This document shows, piece by piece, positions 27,801 to 38,428 of a DNA stretch of 64,000 nt (its first letter is position 1; each line of letters begins with the position of its first letter). Position numbers and translations under genes: made by a program. The DNA comes from Auanema rhodensis (lineage: Eukaryota > Animalia > Nematoda): assembly GCA_964057225.1 (NCBI GenBank), contig OZ059899.1:6696001-6760000 (forward strand), given 5' to 3'. The notes under the pieces are model-generated. The model had not been told where the DNA came from. It saw only the letters and a list, made by a program, of their open reading frames with translations, and did not search any database.

Positions 27801-30518
27801 AGTTGTTTTTTTGGCTAAATAGATAGTATGAGTGCTCAAGTCCCCAAGAAGAATATGAGATACTTGATAGCTATGGGTATAATATAGACATAAATGTATA
27901 CATATAAGATAGTTATATATTACTATATATATAACTATATTTTTATATATATATATATATAAATATATTATATAAGTATACAGTCTATACGATTATTTGA
28001 TTACATCATCATACAAGTATTTTATATAAATTTGTTGATGAATATGAGATAATTTAGATAGAAATTTCAAACGAAAAAAGACACTTATTTAAGACAAAAA
28101 TGAGATTTTTAATAATTATAAGATAATTATTTTTTACAAAAATAACAAGAAAATTTACCATATTGTCAGCTGGATCAGATACTTCTGGACGTTGCTCATT
28201 GTTTGCAGATGGATTATTAAAGTTAATACTTGGCTTATCCAATTGACTCGGAGTACGAGCTACACCATTGGATCGGAATATCAGATCTTCAAGTTGAGGA
28301 GACGATGCATCTGATTTCCAAAACAGTAAAAGCAAGATAGAAGATTTTAGTAGTAGAAGATTGAACATGTTTGCTTGCTAGTACCTAGAAGCAACTGAAT
28401 TTTAGAATTTCTTTTAGTATTTGTCTCAGTTATACCCTAAAGGGGGTTGGACGAAAAAGGGGAAGGGGCGGGATTAACAGTAGAAATGTGCGGAGATTTG
28501 TGAGCAAAATTGGAAAATATGGGAAATTCGTAAAAGATTATACAATATTAATTCATATAAATGTAACGGATCTTAAGTATGACGTAAAAGCAATGAGGCG
28601 AATCTTTTGAAAGATCTAACAACGAATGATAGAGTAGGCTAGAAAAAGGCTTTTATAGTTATTATTTCCAAAACTTTCAAAACATTTAAAAAAAATACAG
28701 CGAGAATAAAAAGTTAAAAACATAATCATTTACTGTTATTTCCCATTTGGGAAATGTTATGATTTGTTTTTATGTAAAACATCTGTACTGATAACGTTTG
28801 AACTTCTTAAATCTCAAGATAATTAGTTGATGATAGAATAAATCAAGATATAAATGAATAAAAATCATATTTAATATTACAAGTTTCAGTTAAATAACTC
28901 GTTTTGAATTATTTTTACAAATTTTGAGTGTAGGCGAATCAGCATAGACATGTAATTTGACGTCAAGATCATCATATCATTCTGCTAAAATTTGAAATAT
29001 TTTTGAACTAATGCAATATACTTTAAATATTTCAATATAATACTAATATATATCTTAATTTTAGGCAAAACTCGATGGTCTTCATAAGGAAGAAGAAGAA
29101 TTACTTCGAAAGGGAATGGAAATGTCTAATCGTCTTCAAGAATGGTATAAGGAACGTATGGAAACTGTTGAAAAACGTTCAAGACTTCTGAATCAAGGAA
29201 TGGTTGCTTTGGTATGTGTTTCAATGATTTATCCATAATATTCTATTTATCATCATATACGGAATATCCGTTTTAAAATGATCAAGTTGAAATAAAAATT
29301 AAAGAACATTATTATTATAAAATAGAAATTTTTGTTTTGTTTTATAATAATATTTCATAAAACATTTTCTAATATGATATCATATATTTATAAAAATAAT
29401 ATTTATAGGTTAGACACCTACGTCTTTATGTGAAATGAAATTTAATAATTTCAATGTTAAAGGTCATATACATATAGTATTATAATGATATATAATATTA
29501 TATATAAATATTATATTCTTTATATTAAAAAAGAATTAAAGAAACAAGTCAATTCAGTACATTTCTTTGATTTGAATGTATTTTATTTGATTTATCAAAA
29601 GTACTTAATACATACATACATATACAAACATATGTACATATTAAGTACTTTGGTAGTTCATTATAGTTTTTACTTTTTCTTTTTTTTTGCAATAAAATCT
29701 TTCTTTTCTTAATTTAAAAATAATAGTTGAAGTTAAATTGTTAATATATTACGTATACATTTATATATTTATATATATAGTTTATACTATTTATACTTAT
29801 AATAATCAGAAGACTATCATTAATTTATTCTCTTTGGAATAAAAACTTCAACTTTTCTACAAAAGTAATGAAGAATTACTCTACCTCATGAGAATTTTTC
29901 ATTTAGAAGTAGAAAAAAAATTAACTTTTCATTTTCTTCCCTATAGCTTAAGAAATTTCAGGAATCAGCTGTACATGAGCAAAAATTGAATTTCTTGAGA
30001 GCTCATCTTACCGAATTGAATCGTCGTATGGTTGCATTGATGGAAACAAGTGATAAAGGTTTTCCTACACATGAAAATCTACAAGTATGTTATCGTTTCT
30101 TTAATGATAATACTATTCAATTGATTATTATTCCAGAAATCAAACCTTCCTCAACCACAAGATGACCAACTGACATGGCTTCATCGTCAAAACAAGCTTT
30201 TAAATCAGGTTGAATGAGAATTTGTATAATCAATTAACAAATTATTGTATTTCCAGGAACTTGGTGACAAAGTTCGACAAATCGAGGATCTTAAAAGAGA
30301 AAAAGAAAACTTTGATCGAAGCTTCAACGTAAACAGAATCCAGCCTAGCAGGTAATAATATAGTTGAAAAAAAAGTTTATAACAGATTTATATATTTCAG
30401 GCCTACATCTACTCAGCCTCGACCATCTGCTTATGTCCGTCCAGCATTTCAACAACCGACACCTCAAGCTCCACGATCAAATCCATCTCCAATCAAAATT
30501 TATGATACACTAATGTAA
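21879..30518 (+). CDS. Suppressor APC domain-containing protein (SAPCD2-like)
   Basis: Spliced N-terminus ELRKEFVEQLHVLFDILDTSRTGRISYET|LCARF...LPPSFLRCVGKVASADG|YLTFDRFLTAVKLSL resembles the SAPCD2 N-terminal region. Coiled coil EEEELLRKGMEMSNRLQEWYKERMETVEKR (from 29065) resembles the Suppressor_APC domain. Ends IYDTLM* at 30518. The first exon and start codon (21879) are less certain. Confidence 0.8.
26198..28368 (-). CDS. nlp-2: RPamide neuropeptide precursor (NLP-2/22/23 family), 6 exons, nested antisense in the SAPCD-like intron
   Basis: Signal peptide MFNLLLLKSSILLLLFWKSDA and an acidic pro-region. Dibasic-flanked peptides followed by GKR: SMAMGRTSLRP, SVAVGRAFFRP, TVAVGRASFRP, STAVGRWNFRP, SAAVGRIYFRP. 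All splice phases are consistent. C. elegans NLP-2 peptides include SMAMGRLGLRPG. Confidence 0.9.
28441..28965 (-). promoter_or_regulatory. Promoter of the RPamide gene: GC box/G-tracts and CRE sites
   Basis: GGGGCGGG near 28465-28472, TGACGTAA at 28580-28587, TGACGTCA at 28958-28965. Confidence 0.5.
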
Positions 30519-31391
30519 AAAATGAAGAAAATATTGTATTTTCAATTAATTTGAAAACAAAAATGTTACTCATTCCTTTAACAATCTCGATCAGCTCATC
30601 CTGCAATCCTGCCCGCTATGAAATAACGAAAAGAAAAAAATAGTCTTCTATATAATTAATTTTTCCTACAATACAATCTATGTATATTCAGTTATATAAT
30701 TGTAATTATTAGATTATTTGTTTATAATATTACATCGAAAGAAGTGAAATATCTTTAATTTGTCATTTAAAATGTTCAGAGAATAAAATGAATAATAAGA
30801 TATTATATATTATATAACAGTTTTATATTAATTACATGTAATTGAATAAATATAAATTAAAAAGAAAGATAATATACATTATATGGATATATATATAAAC
30901 ATATAAATATAGGAAATAACAAAAAGATCTATAACAGTAATATTATCGGATTGTTTTCCTAAATTTGTAGTTATAAATCAATGAAATGGTTACAGAATAC
31001 GACATCAACATGAAAGATAAGATGTTAATTTAATTTTTCAACAACAAAAATTATTTTAAATGTAAGATGAACTAAAAAAAAAGAAAAAAAGAAATTATTA
31101 ATGATAAAAGTATCAAAATAATTGATTACTTTTGTAGTTTGTATATATATATATTTATCGAAATGTAGCTTATGTGTAGTTAATGATAAGAATTTATTGT
31201 ATTTACTAACCATACACCAAACAAAACTATTTTGTTTCCTCTCTCTCTCTCTCTCTAAATATCTAATTATATATTATTTTATATTTATATTAATATATAT
31301 TATATATTAATATTATAAATATATATTATAAAGATATTATTAATTTTTATTATATTTCAGAGTTAGTTATTTAAATGAAATATAGTCAATA

Positions 31392-33631
31392 ATGCTCAAA
31401 ACTCTTTTTTTAAACCTTTTTATCTTATCAACAATAAATGCTCAAGAGCTATCATCATCAACTTTACAGTTTGTACAAGTTGTAAGTTTTTAAATAAGTT
31501 TGTTTATATTATATATATATAATAAATTAAAATATATATAAATAAATAAAATTATATTATTTATATATTATAAAATTATTTTTTTAGAATTATATTCTTT
31601 TATAGAATAATATATTTTTTCTTTGATAATTTTCTTCTTGTAACTCTTATCTGAAAAAGACATTTTCTTGATAAGAAATACTGAACAAATAGACTTTATA
31701 TGATTATTTAGTTTATATTTATGTATTCACTTTAGTGGTTTCGACATGGAGAACGTTTACCAACACATTTTCTTGTTCTTCCTGGAGATCCTAATCCATC
31801 TAGATACAATGAAATAACTGAAGCTGGAGAATTGACAAATGTATTCTTTTTCATTTTAATGGGAAATACTAAAAAAACTATTTTTAGAAAGGAATACAGC
31901 AGGAATATCAATTAGGTTTAAACTTAAAAGAGAAATATGGTGAATTCCTCGGTAGTTATAAACCTTCGGAAGTATGTTCAAACATATTTTTATTGAAAAA
32001 AATATATTTTTATATAATTAGATTCATATATGGACAGGCAAAGATAATCGAACTGTAGCATCCGCATTAGCTGCTACGGCTGGTAAGCATTGAATTCAAA
32101 AAAATAATTGAAACTTTGTTTAATTTGTAAACAAAACTATGACATTTCAGCTTTGTTTCCTCCAAATGAATTACAGAAATGGAGTGAAAAATTGAACTGG
32201 TATCCTGTAGCAGTTCATACAGATCAATCGATAGATTGGGTATTTTATAAAAAAATATTTAATTTATTATAATTTATTATTAGGTATCAACTGGTATTGA
32301 TGACGTATGTCCAATATATAGTAAAACATTTTTCGAAAGTCCTGCATATAAGAATATAATAGGAAAAATTGAAAATGAGGAATTATTTGATGTTATAAGG
32401 AAAAACCTACCGGGAATTCCTCTTGATGATCCTCGTGATGTTAATCATATTCTGGATTCATTGTTTATACGGGTAATAGTATTTTACTTCAAAATGAATG
32501 ATTTGATTAAAATAATAATTTATTTATTATTATAAATAGTAAATATAACTTAAATATTACAATTAAATTAATATTATATTTAACTTCTGACTACTTATTC
32601 TATTATATTCAAAAAATAAATAAAAAAAGAATATTTTATGATATAAGAATATAAAATCAATTTTATATAATTATTGTTTTTCAGAATATTTTGTCTGATG
32701 AACGTTTACCTCTTCCTCAATGGGCTAAACCTATAATTCATTTGATTTTTCCAACAATGGTCAATATTCATGACCATATATCAGAAATTCAGGATCCTAT
32801 AATGGGTATGATTTCCTTTTTAATTTCTGGTTTTATATTATTTCAAAACATTTAATTTAAATGAAATGAAGAACTTCTTTTAAGGTTATCATCGTGAACA
32901 AATCTTAGCATTCTTTGAAGATCATTTAAATAGAAAAAAGAAAAATAAAGCTGTATTAGTGTCTGGGGTAATCTATAGTCAATATATTTCATAAAAAATA
33001 ATATATTTATCTTTTCAGCATGATACGAACTTCATTATTTTGGGTAAAGCCTTAGGTATTACAGAGATGTCTCACACTCTGCCATATTTTGGTGGACAAT
33101 TTGTTGCGGAATTACATCATTCTAATAATACATATTACGTAAAAGTAAGTAATATCAAAATATTTTAATATTTTAAAATTTATTTTGTTAAAACTTTATT
33201 TTTAAAAATTTAATTCATTTTAGTTTTATCATACAACACAAATTGGTGCACCAGTACAAGAAGTAGTACCTCCTTATTGTAATAAAGTCTGTACTTTACA
33301 AGATATTCAAGATTATAACAAAGTTTGTTATTATTTTCCTTAATTAATCAATGTAAATTAATTTATAGTATGAGCGTGTAAGCAAAGATGAGATATTCTC
33401 TCTATGTCTAGGTGTTACTACTACAGATCATCAACCTGTTGTAACAGGTATACTAAATCTTCTTTTTCTTTTTTTTATTATTTTAACTAAATATTTATAT
33501 TAATTATAGGTTCTCTAATTGCTCTTTTGGCAGTTTTACTTATATCCACTGTTATTTTGACCTTCACAACATATAGCTATCGTAGGCAATTGATGAAAAT
33601 GAAAGATCCGGAGCAACATAGATTAATCTGA
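31392..33631 (+). CDS. Histidine acid phosphatase (branch 2, lysosomal/prostatic type), type I membrane protein
   Basis: Signal peptide MLKTLFLNLFILSTINA, catalytic WFRHGERLP, GELT...G, NRTVASA, distal SG|HD motif, C-terminal TM SLIALLAVLLISTVILTF and tail ...DPEQHRLI*. Confidence 0.92.
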
Positions 33632-33972
33632 GCAATCAAATACAAAGATTAAATGAATTTATATTTAATAAAATTAAAAAATTAAACAAAAATCAAAAAG
33701 AAATATATTTAATTTTTAAAATAAATGTATATAATTAATTAATGAATATTTAAAGATACATCCATTTATATATAGTATATAATATAAAAGGAAAAGGAAA
33801 CTCTTATATTCCAACAAAGCAAATTTGGAAATACAAATTATTGTTACAAGCTTGAATCATGAAATGAGCATAAAGTTGATCATAATCTTTAATAATTTTG
33901 TTTCAAATTTTAAAATTATATATCTATATATATATATATATAGATATCTATATATATATATATAATACTTAT

Positions 33973-34108
33973 TAATTCTTATTGAAATTAATATAATATG
34001 TATATATACAGATATCTAGATATATAGATATATATATATATATATCTATTTATCTATATATATACATATCTGTATATATACATATTATATTAATTTCAAT
34101 AAAAATTA
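33973..34108. repeat. Long inverted repeat around a TA-rich core
   Basis: 33979-34015 is the exact reverse complement of 34066-34102 (37 bp). Confidence 0.85.
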
Positions 34109-34881
34109 TCTCATTTAACTATTGCTTTTTTCGTCATTTGAACTGAAATTGAATTGTTTCTAGTAATCAAAATTAAAATTATATATTACCATGAATATTA
34201 TAATAATTTTTAAACAATTTCAATGCTTTTCATGTCTCCTCCTATGAATCGTGTTCTACCATAAGCAACAGCAGACTTCACCTGACACTAGCTATTTCTT
34301 CGTATGAAATCGTTTTTCAAGAACTTTTTCATTTTTCTTTGTTCTAATTAACAATTTCCTTTTGCTATTCCAATTTGAAACTTTTGTGGCTATAAAATGA
34401 AAACGTAGTTCCAAAACCCGAAAATTGTATAAAACAAAAAATTAAATTAATTATAAATGTATGCTTTCAATGTTTCAAAATCCTTTTATGATCTTTAGTT
34501 AGCTCAAAGATTTCATTGAATACATTCAGCTTTTGCTAACCTGAACTTGAATAGTTTCAACACTGCTAATGCTCATAATGTAATATGTTTTGTTATATGA
34601 AATCTTTTCATTATAATTATGTTTTTGTTAACAAATATTTTTCATAAATGTTCACATATACTTTCCATCTTATCATTTTTTCTCGCTCAACATAATTTTT
34701 TTTTATTTATTAAATTTATTAAAATAAATAAATTCTTTATAAATTATAATTTTTTAAATTCTTTTAAATTCTTTTAATGTTTAAATATAATTATATAATT
34801 AGTTTAGTTAAATAGAATTATAATGTACTATTAATACTTATTCTTAATAATATTTTATTGAAATATATACATATAGGTAAC

Positions 34882-36388
34882 ATGTTTGATGAAACTGACT
34901 ATCTTGCTCTTGCTCTTCATTGTCTTATATCATTAGGTGGTGGTGTAGCAAACACGTATTTGCTATACTTAGTGGTTAAACATACACCAGCTGTCTTAAG
35001 ATCCTACAGGTAATTATGTAACTGTAAGAAAATAACAGTAACTTTGTTTTCAGTATGCTCATATTTAATGCTGGCTTAACTGATGCAATTGCATGTTTTT
35101 CGAGTTTTTTTACTATGACAAGGTTTGTAAATATTTAACATAATGTGTTTTTGCATTAAACAAGAACCTGCAGCATCTCAATGTTTCTTAGAACACACCA
35201 TTTTTGTTTTCAGAATAATTCCTGCAGGACGTGTACTTGCCTACGTATTTCATGGACCTTGTACTGTGGGTGGTCGATCCTTCTGCTATTACTGTGAGAT
35301 TATATATAATTCTAAATAAATTAATATTAAAATTATTTCAGCTTACTGCTTCTTACTTCATTCATTGGCACATTCTCTGTTTGTAATTCTGGCGTCATTC
35401 CTTTATCGTCGTCGGGTAATCTCGAAACCTAATTTATCTCCACCAGTTATATGTTTCTTCTTAGTACTACTATACACTCCATCATTTATTCAATTCGTAA
35501 GTATAGATATTACTTAAAATAAACATAAACATGAATAGACGTATAAGGAAGTTATTAAATGAAAAAACGGAAGTTATTATATGAAAATACAAAAATTTGT
35601 ATTATTCTTAATAAAACAAAAAAAAATTTTTAAATTTAATTAATATTTTAAATATTGTTTATTAACTGTTTTCTTTTAATTTAGATTACTTTTGCTATAT
35701 CAGAAGGTGATATTGATTATGTTATGGCTACTCTTCACAAATATTATCCTAAATATAACTTTAAAGGACTAGTTGTAACAGGAAATAATGATGTTTTGGA
35801 TCCTCTAAGCTTGGGTATTAATCATTTCTTATATTTCTTAATTATATTTTTATATTTACAGGAACTATTCTATATATGACTGTACCATCAGTTCCAGTTT
35901 ATATTGCTATTACTTTCATCCGTAGAAGTATCTATAATCAGTTGAAAGAGAAATCCGAGCACTTTAGTGCATCAACTATCCGAACTCATAAACAGCTGGC
36001 AAAGGTAGATTTTTAAAAGACGATAAATCTTTCATATCAAACTTCATTTATCAGGCTTTAACTATTCAAGCATGCTTGCCAGCCACATTCGTTATTGCTG
36101 TATGCTTCTATAGCTCTCTTCAATTAGACATATATAGAGCACCAATCTTAGAAAAGCTGGTATTTGTAATTGTATCATGTGTTCCACTTGGTGGTCCATT
36201 TGTATCCATCTATTTCATTAAGCCATATAAGCAGGTATCGTTCTTGTTTATCTTTAATTTCTTAAAAAATTTGATATTTTTCAAAGAAAAAAAACTTTGT
36301 TTAGAAAACACTTCAACTACTTGGTTATACAAATGAAAGCAAAGTAAAGCAACCTGTCAGTACTACATCAACAAGTTTCCGACCATAA
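34882..36388 (+). CDS. Serpentine chemoreceptor GPCR, Srd class
   Basis: MFDETDYL...NTYLLYLVVKHTPAVLRSY|SMLIFNAGLTD...R|IIPAGRVLAYVFHGPC...FCYY...HSLAH...SFLYR...HKQLAK|ALTIQACLP...IYFIKPYKQ are Srd-typical motifs. Stop TAA ends at 36388. Confidence 0.88.
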
Positions 36389-36762
36389 TTGAACAACAAA
36401 AAAGTTTACCAATACATGTATCTCTTTATTTAACTATATATAGATATTAGTATGCGTATTACTCGAAATATTCCTATTAAACAAAACAAAAGTATCTGTT
36501 TATGACATGTTTCTTTTATTTTCTTGTATTATATAAATAATAATAATAAAAATACTAATAATATACATATGAAGTTTAGAATAACATTGCTTTACAATGA
36601 ATATTATCACAAATATATATTAAATATTATATGAATTATATATACATACATGCATATTTTAAAAATTAAATTAATAATTAAAATATAATAATTATCGATT
36701 CTTAATATAAAAATTATAAATAAGTGCAACAGATATATGTCTCAAATATTTGATTTATCTGT

Positions 36763-37535
36763 TTATGGACTTTTTCCATCCCAAATAAAACGTTGTTCCT
36801 TTTTCTTTCCTAATTGTTTCTTCCATGATCGTGTATCAGCTTTACATGACTTTTGAGCTTCTTTCAATGTGTAATGTACAACTTTGAAATTACAGAAGCC
36901 ACAGCTCTTACGGCATGAACGGAAAGCAATCTGAGGGTTTTCGCCATCACAAGACCAATTTGATTGTGCTTCGAAGACATCCGTACTATTGACATATCTT
37001 AAGGAAAATAAATAAAATCAAAAGAAAATCATCCGTTTTCACACTTCAGCATAATTCTGAGAATTTTCGTTTTAACTTACCGACCACAAAACTGCGAACC
37101 ATAGCGATCAAAGCAATGTTCAGAAACTAATGAGCGTGCTATAAGATCATAGGCCATAGCTTGACCACTCTTATTGCAGCTTGAACAACATTGAATTAAT
37201 CTAAAGATATTACGTGAGGCTGATTTTTAAAGACAGTGATCTTTACTAACCTGAATTCAGCATCTTGGTTACAACGTTTAGCAAAATTTCGAGAATTCGA
37301 ACGACTTAATCTAGCACATGCTGTACTTCCCAAATGATCACGACAACACGGCGGTCTGGTGGTATATGCACTATACTGCGCACCTTCAATTTATTAATTC
37401 AAAAATAATATATATTATTAAAAATGTTTAAATATATTTTAAAATAAAATTAAATATAATAGAATTAATATACTAACCTATATCAGAAATTAATAAACTA
37501 CATAGAATAAGCAAATTTAATTTATTATTATTCAT
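36763..37535 (-). CDS. Secreted cysteine-rich protein with two ShK-like domains, 4 exons
   Basis: Signal-like MNNNKLNLLILCSLLISDIGA. Domain 1 CCRDHLGSTACARL...RCNQDAEFRLIQCCSSC. Domain 2 CFDRYGSQFC...WSCDG...FRSCRKSCGFC (ShKT CxxxCxxC ending). Not in the ORF track. Confidence 0.85.
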
Positions 37536-38428
37536 TTTCCTTGATGAGCTTTCTGATTGTAATTGATAGTGTAAGCAATGATAACAACGTCAGAAAATGT
37601 AGATGCGGTAGACTTGAGCCGATCAAGCCATTGCTCTCACCTTTCAATCCTTTTATAGACATTAGCAGGCAACTGTCAAATGAGCTCTTGAGCTGGCCCT
37701 TGGCCATGTCAAAAGCCGAATTTGGAATTTTGTGACAAATATAAGTCGAGATTCCTGTATTTTTGTTGATCCTAATCGTAAAAACAGGTTTTAGACTTGA
37801 AAAAAAGAGAATGAAGTTCAAGAATTTTTTTATATATTATATGAAATTGACACATAGAACATAAAGACTAGAGATAAGAATGAGACCTTAATATAGATGA
37901 TATACATAATAGTAATTATAATATAAAAAAAAAGAAATTAAAGTATAAAACAAACAAAAAAAATTAGATATTATATATAAAAAATATAAAGAAATAGATA
38001 AAAAAAATTATTTTTTGTTTATTCTAATTTTAAATAAACAAAAATAATTTCTAATAAAACCAAGATATCATATGAATTATTCAACGGATATATGAAACTT
38101 TTTTTTTAATTTAAAAAAAAAACAAATTAACTAATTAGAAATATTTTAATAAAACATTCTGTACATAGTTTCTTATTTTTCATAATTGAATGAGTATGTT
38201 GAGGTAGGAAATTCAATAAAAAAATTATTTAAATTTCAAGATCGTTGAAATCATATTATATCTTTCGATTATTTTATGATAAGAAATGTTTATTAATTTG
38301 AAGAATGATTAGTTTTCCATGAAATGTTCAATATTAAAGTATATATAATTCATTTAAAATGAAATCGAATCGAAAGATCATTTGTGAAAAACTTTAAAAA
38401 ACAATTCAGGAATTATTTTTAATAAAAA

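Noticed and set aside
37528-37821. ORFs on both strands upstream of the ShK gene
   Set aside because: Out of frame with the ShK start or antisense; more likely promoter/UTR.
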